Of a stretch of DNA of 36,954 bases, positions 9,986 to 22,129 are shown one piece after another. The notes beneath the pieces were generated by a model. It searched no databases and had not been told where the DNA came from. It was given only the letters and a program-made list of their open reading frames with translations. A program made the translations under genes and the position numbers. Each line of letters opens with the position of its first letter. The stretch's first letter is position 1. Source of the stretch: Gammaproteobacteria bacterium (lineage in GTDB: Bacteria; Pseudomonadota; Gammaproteobacteria; Steroidobacterales; Rariloculaceae); NCBI GenBank assembly GCA_029864465.1, contig JAOTTJ010000003.1:1-36954 (forward strand), written 5' to 3'.

Positions 9986-10699
9986 ATGCGCTGGTGGCGG
10001 GGAAGGCGTACTCGCAAGATGGGGCGGCAGCGGCTGCTGCAATGGGCCGCTTTGATCGTCTGTGGCTTATTGCTGTTGACCTGGCTGCCCGTGCTCGCGT
10101 TACGCTGGCTGGAGCCGCCGACGACGGCGTTCATGCTGTTCGACCCGGACGCACGTGTAGATCTCGACTACGAGTGGATGGATTGGTCGTCGATCGGCTC
10201 GAGCGTGCCCCTTGCCGTGCTCGCGTCCGAGGATCAGAAGTTCCCGACGCATTTCGGTTTCGATATCGAGTCGATTCGCGGTGCGATCGACGATAGCCAG
10301 CGCGGCGGACGGTTACGCGGCGCATCGACGATCTCCCAGCAGGTCGCGAAAAATCTTTTTTTGTGGAACGGCAGAAGCTTCGTGCGTAAGGGTATCGAGG
10401 CGTATTTCACCGTGCTTATCGAGGCAACGTGGCCGAAGCAGCGCATTCTCGAGGTATACGTCAACGTTGCGGAGTTCGGGCCGGGGGTGTTTGGCGTCGG
10501 TGCAGCCAGCCGGCGTTTCTTCGCCGAATCTCCGTCGAGTATGGGCGATGCGCAGGCCGCGCTGCTAGCGGCCGTTCTGCCGAACCCGAAACGCTTGCGC
10601 GCCGATCAGCCATCAGCCTACGTCCGTGAGCGCCAGAGCTGGATACTCGGTCAAATGCAACGGCTGCGGCGCGAGCGTGTGCTCGCGTCGTTGAATTAG
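9986..10699 (+). CDS. mtgA: Monofunctional biosynthetic peptidoglycan transglycosylase
   Basis: SEDQKF..HFGFD, RGASTISQQVAKNLFLW, RKGIEAY, KQRILEVY, LAAVLPNP. The start could be 10019. Confidence 0.95.
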   Translation: MRWWRGRRTRKMGRQRLLQWAALIVCGLLLLTWLPVLALRWLEPPTTAFMLFDPDARVDLDYEWMDWSSIGSSVPLAVLASEDQKFPTHFGFDIESIRGAIDDSQRGGRLRGASTISQQVAKNLFLWNGRSFVRKGIEAYFTVLIEATWPKQRILEVYVNVAEFGPGVFGVGAASRRFFAESPSSMGDAQAALLAAVLPNPKRLRADQPSAYVRERQSWILGQMQRLRRERVLASLN

Positions 10700-10721
10700 C
10701 AGCGAGTATTCCGAGAGGCGG

Positions 10722-11909
10722 TCAGCTCGAGTCGTTCTTAGCCTGAAGAGCGCCGCTCAAGCGCAACGCCTTGCGCGTCACGACCGGTGCGGTGATCTCC
10801 AAGACGACGGTTGAGGCAAGCACGACCTGCAGCACGACGGCACCGTATTGCGGGAATCGCTGCGACGCCATCAGCGCCATGCCGATTGCAACGCCGGCCT
10901 GCGGAAATAGCGCGAGCCCTAGCCACTTGTACGAGCTCTGATTGACGCCTGCGAGCCGCACGCCGATACGCGTGCCAACGTAGATGCCGATGCAGCGCGC
11001 GAGGATGTATATAGCTGTCAGAGCGCCGGCGAGCGGTAGGGCTCCGATTTCCAAGGAAGCGCCCGCGAGCACGAAGAACAGGATCATAAACGGCCACTCG
11101 ACACCTTCGATCGCATGAAACGGGCGCTCATGATGTCTCGCCAGGTTCACGACCGTCGCGCCCATCGCCATCGCAGACAAGATTGAGATCAAGCCGAGCC
11201 ACTCCGCGATGCCGGCCCCGAGCAGCACGAAACCCATCGCTTCTGCGAGCGTCGGTTCGCCGCGCCGGATGCGGCCGGTCAAATAAGCCATGGGCAGGCC
11301 CAGCACGACGCCCAACGCCAGGCTTCCGCCGATGTCTGTCAGGCTCGACTCGAGCCCGCTGCCGACGGAGGTATCGCCGTTCAGCATGCCGACGATTGAA
11401 ATCATCACGACAAATACGAGCAAGCCCCAGACGTCGTCCAAGGCGACAATCGAGAGCAGCGCATCGACGATCCCTCCGCGTGCACCGGTTTCGTGTACGA
11501 CGTCATAGGTCGCGGTTGGCGCTGTGGCCGGTGCGATCGCTGCTAACAGCAGGGCCACGACCGGGTCTGCCCCGGCGAGCCAGAGCACGACCCCGACGGC
11601 CAGGGCAGCGCCGAGCACCTTGCATGTAGAGATCACAATGATGGTCTTGCCGTGGGCCTTCAGTGCGCGCAGGGAAAACTGGTGGCCGAGCAGGAAACCG
11701 ATCAGGGCCAATGCGATCGTCGTCAGCGCTGGGAACCATAGCTCGACGAAACTGGTGGGCACGAGCGACAAGCCGCTCGGCCCGACGGCCAGGCCGCCGA
11801 GTAGTAATAAGGTCACCCGGGGCAAAGGCGTGAAGCGCCCTAGTAGATCGGCACCGAGTCCGAGTAGGAACAGGAGTCCCAGAAGCAGCAGAATGTCTGT
11901 TACGTTCAG
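10722..11909 (-). CDS. Cation:proton antiporter (CPA/Na+/H+ exchanger family); start uncertain, possibly CTG at 11909
   Basis: Multi-TM protein with ATAPTAT, ALDD, FFVLAGA and PQAGVAIGMAL motifs. The frame extends upstream of the track's TTG (11825) with a further hydrophobic helix, LNVTDILLLLGLLFLLGLGADLLGRFTPLPRVT. Confidence 0.85.
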   Translation of the reverse strand: MNVTDILLLLGLLFLLGLGADLLGRFTPLPRVTLLLLGGLAVGPSGLSLVPTSFVELWFPALTTIALALIGFLLGHQFSLRALKAHGKTIIVISTCKVLGAALAVGVVLWLAGADPVVALLLAAIAPATAPTATYDVVHETGARGGIVDALLSIVALDDVWGLLVFVVMISIVGMLNGDTSVGSGLESSLTDIGGSLALGVVLGLPMAYLTGRIRRGEPTLAEAMGFVLLGAGIAEWLGLISILSAMAMGATVVNLARHHERPFHAIEGVEWPFMILFFVLAGASLEIGALPLAGALTAIYILARCIGIYVGTRIGVRLAGVNQSSYKWLGLALFPQAGVAIGMALMASQRFPQYGAVVLQVVLASTVVLEITAPVVTRKALRLSGALQAKNDSS

Positions 11910-11927
11910 AACGCCAACTTCGAACGA

Positions 11928-13313
11928 TTAAGTTTGCAGGCCCGCGCCCGTCGTTTCGCCCTGCGCGCGCTCCTCGCGCATGCCGAGCACGCGGCTCGTG
12001 ACAATGCCGGCCGTCATTGAGCCACTGACATTGAGCGCTGTGCGTGCCATATCGATGAGCGGCTCGATCGAGATCAACAGAGCGACGAGGGCGACTGGAA
12101 AGCCTAGCGCAGGCAGGACGATTAGAGCAGCGAGTGTCGCTCCGCCGCCGATGCCTGCCACGCCGAACGAGCTGATCGCGACGATGCCGATGAGCGTGGC
12201 GATGAACGTCAGGTCCATGGGATTGATGTCCATTGTCGGCGCGATCATGACGGCCAACATCGCCGGATAAATACCGGCGCAGCCATTTTGCCCGATTGTG
12301 GCACCGAACGACGCAGACAGATTTGCGATCGGGACGGCAACGTCGAGCTCTTTGATCTGCGTCTCGACGTTCAGCGGTATCGTCGCGGCCGAGCTCCTCG
12401 ACGTAAACGCAAATGCGAGCACCGGCCAGGCTTTCGTGAAATAACTCGCGGGGCTGGTGCCGGAAGCGGCGATGATCAGCGCATGCACGACGAACATGAC
12501 GGCAATCGCGAGATAGGAAGCCACGACAAAGCTGAGCAGGTTCAGAATGTCCTCGCCGCTGGAGCTGGCCGAGACGTTGAGCATCAGCGCGAAAACACCG
12601 TAAGGCGTTAAAGAGATCACCATTCTGACGAGCTTGAGCACGACGGCCTGCGCGGTCTCGACAGAAGATCGGAATGCAGCGCCCCGGCTAGGATCATCGC
12701 GTGTCAGATGCAGGCCGGCGATGCCGAGCAGTATCCCGAACACGACAACCGCAATGATCGACGTCGGGCGTGCGCCGGTCAGGTCGCTGAAAATATTTTG
12801 CGGGATGAAGCTCAGGAGCATCTCGGCCAGCGTCATATCGGCAAGGCCGGCCTGGCGTTCCGACAGGATCTCGGCCGTCGCCAGTTCTCTCGCGCCTTCC
12901 GTGAGGCCTTCGGCCGTCAGTCCGAAAGCGCTCGCGACCACGATTCCGACCAGCGCGGCGATCATCGTCGTGACAATCAACAGACCGACCACAAGCCCGC
13001 CGATTTTGCCGAGTGTGGCGGCTTCGTCCATACGCACGACTGCGGCTGTCATCGAGACGAGAATCAGCGGCATGACGATCATACGCAGCAGATTGACATA
13101 GCCGCCGCCGATGACGTTGCTCCACACAAGCGTCGCGGCGATCGTTTCCGGGTCAGTGGTATAGATCGCCTGAAAGACGAGCCCGACGGCAGCGCCGGCA
13201 ATGAGCGCGACGAGCACGCGCCGCGACAGTGCGAGCTCTCCGCGACTCAGCTGAAACAGCGCGAGAACGAACGCGGCAATGACGCAAAGGTTGATCGGTA
13301 CTGCTAAGCTCAT
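11928..13313 (-). CDS. tcyP: DAACS-family symporter, L-cystine transporter TcyP/YdjN type
   Basis: LLRMIVMPLI, FAFTSRSSAATIP, GATIGQNGCAGIYPAMLA (cystine-transporter signature), IEPLIDMARTALNVSG. Confidence 0.85.
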   Translation of the reverse strand: MSLAVPINLCVIAAFVLALFQLSRGELALSRRVLVALIAGAAVGLVFQAIYTTDPETIAATLVWSNVIGGGYVNLLRMIVMPLILVSMTAAVVRMDEAATLGKIGGLVVGLLIVTTMIAALVGIVVASAFGLTAEGLTEGARELATAEILSERQAGLADMTLAEMLLSFIPQNIFSDLTGARPTSIIAVVVFGILLGIAGLHLTRDDPSRGAAFRSSVETAQAVVLKLVRMVISLTPYGVFALMLNVSASSSGEDILNLLSFVVASYLAIAVMFVVHALIIAASGTSPASYFTKAWPVLAFAFTSRSSAATIPLNVETQIKELDVAVPIANLSASFGATIGQNGCAGIYPAMLAVMIAPTMDINPMDLTFIATLIGIVAISSFGVAGIGGGATLAALIVLPALGFPVALVALLISIEPLIDMARTALNVSGSMTAGIVTSRVLGMREERAQGETTGAGLQT

Positions 13314-13523
13314 GATCGATTAACTACGAATTATCATGCCGAGGATATACCGCAGCGACATGAACATTCCATTCGGGCGAGGAGCGTGTAGCCACCGAGG
13401 GCCTCTGCGCCCTGTTTTTCGAGGAATGGGTGTGCACGGCGTGGGCATTACGCCTAATCTATCTTTAACCGAATGCTCGCCGAGCATGTGTGATTACGCT
13501 GATCCTCAAACGGACGGACACGG

Positions 13524-13988
13524 GTGAGAAAGACGATGTTATTCGGGCTGTTGTCGGTACTAATCGTACTGGTCGTGTTGGCCACTGGTTTGATGCTCAA
13601 GCTCGGCTCGGATAGCCGCAGAATGTCCGTCAGCGTCGGTGTCGTCGAGGGCCGGCTCATTGCATGCTCGTCGACACCGAACTGCGTTTCGAGCGATGCC
13701 TCCCCGGAGGACAGTCATTACATCGATCCGATAACGGACCCTACCGGTTCGAAGTGGGCCGGTCTCGTCGAGACCGTCCGGGGCATGCCCGGTGCTACGC
13801 TGATCGAGCAGCACGACGACTACGCTCATTTCACTTTCACGACGGGCCTGTGGCGTTTCGTCGATGACGTGGAGTTCCACCATCGTCCCCAAGCCGCTGA
13901 GATCGCGATCCGCTCTGCGTCTCGAGTGGGCCGAAGCGACTGGAGCGCAAACCGCAACCGTCTCGAAGCGATTCGCGCCGTTCTGTAG
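13524..13988 (+). CDS. DUF1499 family membrane-anchored protein
   Basis: N-terminal TM; CSSTPNCVSS, FVDDVEF and RSASRVGRSD..ANRNRLEAIR motifs. Confidence 0.8.
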   Translation: MRKTMLFGLLSVLIVLVVLATGLMLKLGSDSRRMSVSVGVVEGRLIACSSTPNCVSSDASPEDSHYIDPITDPTGSKWAGLVETVRGMPGATLIEQHDDYAHFTFTTGLWRFVDDVEFHHRPQAAEIAIRSASRVGRSDWSANRNRLEAIRAVL

Positions 13989-14066
13989 CGGCTTGCCGAC
14001 GGGTCGCCGCGCTACGACCGTTGATCTGGTTAGTCGCCGGCAAAGCCGGATTGGGTTGTCAGTAGA

Positions 14067-17742
<3,676 letters not shown>

Positions 17743-17753
<11 letters not shown>

Positions 17754-18612
17754 CCGTCTCTCCAACAGGCGTGATCCCGAGCGCGGCGCAAATATCGAGC
17801 GTGAGCTCGGCTCGGTTCAACGTATAAAAATGAAACGCCTCGACGCCGTGGTTGCGCAACGCCATGACCTGCTCGATAGCCGTTTGTGTCGCGATATCGC
17901 GTTGCGCGCCAGGATCGTCGGCATGCGCGGCGAAACGCTCGCGCAGCCAGTCCGGTACGCACGTGCCGCAAGCCCCCGCGAAATTCAGCATTCGTGTGAA
18001 GTTCGCTATTGGCAGGATGCCGGGAACGATGGGCACATCGATGCCGTGACTCACGCAACGGTCGCGAAAGCGCAGGAAGGCGTCGACGTCGAAGAAAAAC
18101 TGCGTAATTGCACGGGTCGCACCCGCCTCGATCTTGTGCTTGAGGTTGGCGAGATCGAAGTCCGCGTCGGGGGCCTCTGGGTGTACCTCCGGATAAGCGG
18201 CGACCGAGATGTCGAACGCGCCGACGCCCGCGAGCCCCGTAACGAGATCGACTGCATACGCGAAGCCGTCCGGTCGCGGCGTATAGCCGTCAGATTCCTT
18301 CGGTGGATCGCCGCGCAGTGCGACGAGCTGGCGAATTCCGTCTTGCCAGTAAGTCTCTGCAAGGTCTAAGACCTCGTCACGGCTTGCGCCGACGCAGGTC
18401 AGATGCGGTGCGCAAATAAGGCCGGTCTCCTGCTGAATGCGTTGCACGATCCGATGCGTACGGTCGCGCGTCGAGCCGTCGGCACCATAGGTGACCGACA
18501 CGAACCGCGGACGCAGCGGTGCAAGCGCCTGTACGGATCGCCAAAGCAACGCCTCCATCTTCGGCGTGGCCGGCGGAAAGAACTCGAATGAGATCGGCTG
18601 TTCCATGATCAT
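17743..18612 (-). CDS. metF: 5,10-methylenetetrahydrofolate reductase
   Basis: [46 protein letters not shown]. Confidence 0.97.
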
Positions 18613-18615
18613 GTA

Positions 18616-19536
18616 TCAGTTTGTTTGTGGCGCCTCAGGACTTTTCGCCAGCGCGATGAACGCGAGGCCGTCGGTGCTGCGCCGGATCTCGACCCCCGTC
18701 AAACCGATGGTGCGAAGCCAACCGACGAGGATCCGCTCGTCGACGCCCGACAGGCTCGTCTCGACAATGAGCAGGCGCCCACCGGGCCTGAGTACGCGTC
18801 CGGCCTCGGCAACGGCTTCGCGCGCGCGCCCCGCAACGCCGAGGACCCGATCCATCGTGATCGTATCGAACGCGCTGTCGGCGAAGCTGAGTGCGAACAT
18901 GTCACCGTCCTGGACCGTGCAGTTGGCCAATCCGTCAGCAAGGGCGCTGGTGCGCGCTACGAGCCGCATGTCGCGCGAGTGATCCACAGCGACGACGTGC
19001 TCGGCGAACGGCGCGAGCATATGCAGCATCGTGCCGGTCCCCGTGCCGATGTCGAGCAGCCGGCCTAGACTCGTGTCCGTGAGCGCGGCAACACCGAGTG
19101 AGGCACCGAAGAGCGATTTGACCATCGCTGCGACGTCATCGGCCGTCTGGGAATCCATCGGCTTGATGCCGAGTTCGGCCAGAAGCTCAGCAGCTCGCGT
19201 GCGGCGTTTATCGAGGATGATCCGCAGCCTGGACTCATCCTGCGTGACGTAGGGGTCTTCGGGAGAGAGCGCATCGAGCGTCTGTTCGACGAGCGTGCGG
19301 CGTTCCTCGTCCGTGTTGGCGCGGTAATAGACCTCGTTCTGGTCGCGCGCCCGGCGCAGCAGGCGAGCATCGCAGAGGAGCTTCAGATGCCGTGAAACAC
19401 GCGGCTGACTCAGGCCCGTGACCTCCGTCATCTCACTGACGGTCAGCTCGCCCTGCTCGAGCGCGTGCAGCAGCCGCAAACGGCTCGGGTCGCCGATTGC
19501 GCGAAGCAACGTAGCAAGCTGTTCTGTGTCTTCCAT
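18616..19536 (-). CDS. ArsR-HTH plus SAM-binding methyltransferase-fold regulator (SahR/SamR type)
   Basis: N-terminal GDPSRLRLL...SQPRVSRHLKLL HTH; C-terminal LLDIGTGTG and RVLRPGGRLL; first gene of the metF-metH operon. Confidence 0.88.
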   Translation of the reverse strand: MEDTEQLATLLRAIGDPSRLRLLHALEQGELTVSEMTEVTGLSQPRVSRHLKLLCDARLLRRARDQNEVYYRANTDEERRTLVEQTLDALSPEDPYVTQDESRLRIILDKRRTRAAELLAELGIKPMDSQTADDVAAMVKSLFGASLGVAALTDTSLGRLLDIGTGTGTMLHMLAPFAEHVVAVDHSRDMRLVARTSALADGLANCTVQDGDMFALSFADSAFDTITMDRVLGVAGRAREAVAEAGRVLRPGGRLLIVETSLSGVDERILVGWLRTIGLTGVEIRRSTDGLAFIALAKSPEAPQTN

Positions 19537-19548
19537 CTTGGACAATGC

Positions 19549-19572
19549 GTATATAAAGATGTCGTTATATAC
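19549..19572. promoter_or_regulatory. Palindromic operator, probable autoregulatory SahR-type site
   Basis: GTATATAAAGATGTCGTTATATAC: 8-bp perfect outer arms, AT-rich in a GC-rich background, 12 bp upstream of the regulator's ATG. Confidence 0.75.
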
Positions 19573-19594
19573 CTGTTTCGACGCCGCCTGTCAA
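19566..19594 (-). promoter_or_regulatory. sigma70 promoter of the regulator-metF-metH operon
   Basis: TTGACA (19594-19589)-N17-TATATA (19571-19566); the -10 lies inside the operator. Confidence 0.6.
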
Positions 19595-19608
19595 AGTAGG
19601 TTTCCGGA

Positions 19609-19765
19609 TTATGTTTAATCTCAATCGGCGTGCCACGGAGCTCACAGGGCCTGGCATGGGTGTTGGCGTCACGCGGCAGGCGGCAACGGGCACGGCTTAT
19701 GTCAAATTGGGGCAAACCGTCGAGATCACGGTGGAATCCGAGCGCGAATAAGAGTTATGTCAAAT
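19609..19765 (+). repeat. Three direct copies of an 11-mer resembling the dif XerD arm
   Basis: TTATGTTTAAT (19609-19619), TTATGTCAAAT (19697-19707), TTATGTCAAAT (19755-19765); each is one mismatch from the E. coli XerD arm TTATGTTAAAT. Confidence 0.55.
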
Positions 19766-19829
19766 AGCGTTTGGAACGCCGTTTGGAGGAATCGATGGTG
19801 GAACGAGTCGTCGAGGAATGCTGAGTCCG

Positions 19830-20675
19830 TCAGTGCAGCGGTTGCGATGGCGCTTGGCCTGCGAAGATCGCCTCGATCTGCGCATCGTCATAACGAAAAG
19901 CGCGGTTGCAGAACTCACATACAAGCTCGACATGACCCCGCTCGCGCAGCAGATCGTCGATTTCGGCGGTGCCGAGCATGCGTACGATTCGGGCGAGGTA
20001 CTCCGGGGTGCACCGGCAGTCGTGCGTGACGGGTTTGGGCCGGAACAGGCGCAGCGTGTAGTCTGCGAAGACCTGCTCGAGGAGGTCGGCCGCAGGCTGC
20101 TCGGCTATCTCGACGGCCCGGATCGTGGCGGCGAGCGCGGTGACGGTCTCGAAATCGTCGGCGTGCTCCCCAGCGCCCGGTAGCGCCTGTAGCAGCAGGC
20201 CGCTGGCGCGCCCATCGTCGCTAAAAAGGTAGAGGCGCGTCGGCAGCTGCTCCGATTGCGCGAAGTAGGCCTCCAGACATGCGCGAAGATCGGGGCCGAC
20301 GAGTGGCACGATGCCCTGGAACTGCTGACCGTTCTCCCCCGTATCGAGATTCACCGCGAGTCTTCCGGCGCCGAGCAGCGCGTCGTTCGCCTGCGCCTCG
20401 CGCAACTGTGCCATGCCGCGCACCTCGAAATCGGCCGAGCATTGCACGAGCAGCAGCTTGACCCGCCCGTCGCCCTGCAGCTGCAGAGAGACACGCGGAT
20501 GGCCCTTCAAGCCCGTTGCGAGCAGGACGGTCGCTGCGATGCCTTCTCCAAGCAACCGCCGCAGCTCCTGAGGGTAGTGGTGCTGGGCGAGGACCTGCCG
20601 CCAGGTTTCCTCGAGTCGTACGAGAGCGCCGCGGATCGCCAGGTCCTCGAAAACGAAGGTTTGAACCTCGTTCAA
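19830..20675 (-). CDS. hslO: Hsp33 redox-regulated chaperone
   Basis: IRGALVRL, QLQGDG, YFAQSEQLPT, GLLLQ, zinc motif CRC...CEFC. Confidence 0.95.
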   Translation of the reverse strand: MNEVQTFVFEDLAIRGALVRLEETWRQVLAQHHYPQELRRLLGEGIAATVLLATGLKGHPRVSLQLQGDGRVKLLLVQCSADFEVRGMAQLREAQANDALLGAGRLAVNLDTGENGQQFQGIVPLVGPDLRACLEAYFAQSEQLPTRLYLFSDDGRASGLLLQALPGAGEHADDFETVTALAATIRAVEIAEQPAADLLEQVFADYTLRLFRPKPVTHDCRCTPEYLARIVRMLGTAEIDDLLRERGHVELVCEFCNRAFRYDDAQIEAIFAGQAPSQPLH

Positions 20676-20679
20676 CGGC

Positions 20680-22128
20680 TCATTCTGCGAGCAGACGCCG
20701 CAGGACCTCGTTGACCTGCTGCGGGTTGGCTTTGCCCTGGGACGCCTTCATGGCCTGGCCGACGAGGAAGCCGATGACTTTCTCGTTACCGTCGCGGAAC
20801 TGCTGTGCTTGCGCCTCGTTCCCGGCGAGCACGTTGGCGCAGAGCGCCGCGATCGCGCTCGAATCGGTAATCTGCTCGAGCCCGCGCTCCTCGATGATCG
20901 AATCGACCGTGCCTTCGCCGGCGCGCAGCATATCGAAAACGTCGTTTGCGAGCTTGCCGGACAGCGTGCCGTCGGCGATCTTATCGACGAGCGCGCCCAG
21001 GTCTGCCGCGGTGACCTTGGACTCATCGATCTCGAGGCCATCCTCGTTGAGCGCAGCGATGACCTTGCCCTGGACCCAGTTGGCGATCGCTTTAGGTTCT
21101 GCTTTGCTCGCAGCGGCGACGGCTGTCTCAAAATAGTCGGCTAGCTCGGCACTCGAAGTCAGTACGTCAGCGTCGTAGTCCGAAAGTCCGTACTGCTCCG
21201 CGAACCGGGCGCGCTTCGCGTCGGGGAGCTCCGGTAGGCTCGCACGTATCGATTCGACGAGCTCGGACTCGATGAGCACGGGTAAGAGGTCGGGATCGGG
21301 GAAATAGCGGTAGTCGTTCGCTTCTTCCTTGCTGCGCATAGGCCGTGTCTCGTTGCGATCGGCATCGTAGAGTCGCGTCTCCTGCACGACGCTGCCACCA
21401 TCTTCGATCACGTCAATTTGCCGCTCGACTTCGATCTCGATGGCTTTCTCGACGAAACGGAATGAGTTGAGGTTTTTCAGCTCTGTGCGTGTGCCGAGCG
21501 TCGTCTCGCCTGCCGGTCTGACCGAGACGTTCGCATCGCAGCGGAACGAGCCTTCCTGCATATTGCCGTCTGAAATTTCCAAGTACCGCACGAGCTCGTG
21601 AATCTTGCGCATATAGGCACCGGCCTGCGCCGCAGATCGCAGGTCTGGCTCAGAGACGATCTCCAGTAACGGCGTGCCCGCACGATTGAGATCGATTCCG
21701 GACGAGCCATGGAAGCTCTCGTGCAGCGATTTGCCGGCGTCCTCTTCGAGGTGCGCGCGCGTAATGCCTATCGTCTTGACCTCGCCGTCCTCTGTGACGA
21801 TGTCGATGTGACCGGAATGCACGATTGGCAGCTCGTACTGGGAGATCTGGTATCCCTTCGGCAGATCCGGATAGAAGTAGTTCTTTCGTGCGAACACGGA
21901 GCGCGGGGCGATCTCGCAATGCGTCGCGAGTCCGAATTTGATGGCCATGACCACGACTTGCTCGTTGAGCACGGGCAGCACGCCCGGGTAACCGAGATCG
22001 ACGAGGCAGGCCTGGGTGTTCGGCGGCGCGCCATAGGCCGTGGAGGCGCCTGAGAAAATCTTGCTCTTGGTCGCGAGCTGCGTATGGATCTCCAGGCCGA
22101 TGACGATTTCCCAGTCCATGTCGCTCAT
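20680..22128 (-). CDS. gatB: Asp/Glu-tRNA amidotransferase subunit B
   Basis: [48 protein letters not shown]. True start is [11 protein letters not shown] at 22128; the track's upstream extension overlaps gatA. Confidence 0.98.
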   Translation of the reverse strand: MSDMDWEIVIGLEIHTQLATKSKIFSGASTAYGAPPNTQACLVDLGYPGVLPVLNEQVVVMAIKFGLATHCEIAPRSVFARKNYFYPDLPKGYQISQYELPIVHSGHIDIVTEDGEVKTIGITRAHLEEDAGKSLHESFHGSSGIDLNRAGTPLLEIVSEPDLRSAAQAGAYMRKIHELVRYLEISDGNMQEGSFRCDANVSVRPAGETTLGTRTELKNLNSFRFVEKAIEIEVERQIDVIEDGGSVVQETRLYDADRNETRPMRSKEEANDYRYFPDPDLLPVLIESELVESIRASLPELPDAKRARFAEQYGLSDYDADVLTSSAELADYFETAVAAASKAEPKAIANWVQGKVIAALNEDGLEIDESKVTAADLGALVDKIADGTLSGKLANDVFDMLRAGEGTVDSIIEERGLEQITDSSAIAALCANVLAGNEAQAQQFRDGNEKVIGFLVGQAMKASQGKANPQQVNEVLRRLLAE

Positions 22129-22129
22129 C

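Noticed and set aside
13376-13412. SAH riboswitch (GAGGAGCG... resemblance)
   Set aside because: There is no clear AGGCTC element or nearby CGCTC pseudoknot partner, and it faces a DUF1499 gene rather than an SAH-cycle gene. An Rfam scan is needed.
13989-14048. Imperfect inverted repeat CGGCTTGCCG/CGGCAAAGCCG between DUF1499 and metH
   Set aside because: Best explained as an ordinary 3'-end structure between convergent genes; no second copy was seen.
19738-19765. Functional chromosomal dif site
   Set aside because: With the required 6-bp centre the XerC arm (CCGAGCGCGAA) is a poor match; kept only as a half-site or decayed-site finding.
19757-20029. 90-aa + strand ORF beginning in the hslO-regulator spacer
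   Set aside because: It is mostly antisense to hslO, has no clear RBS and no recognisable protein features.
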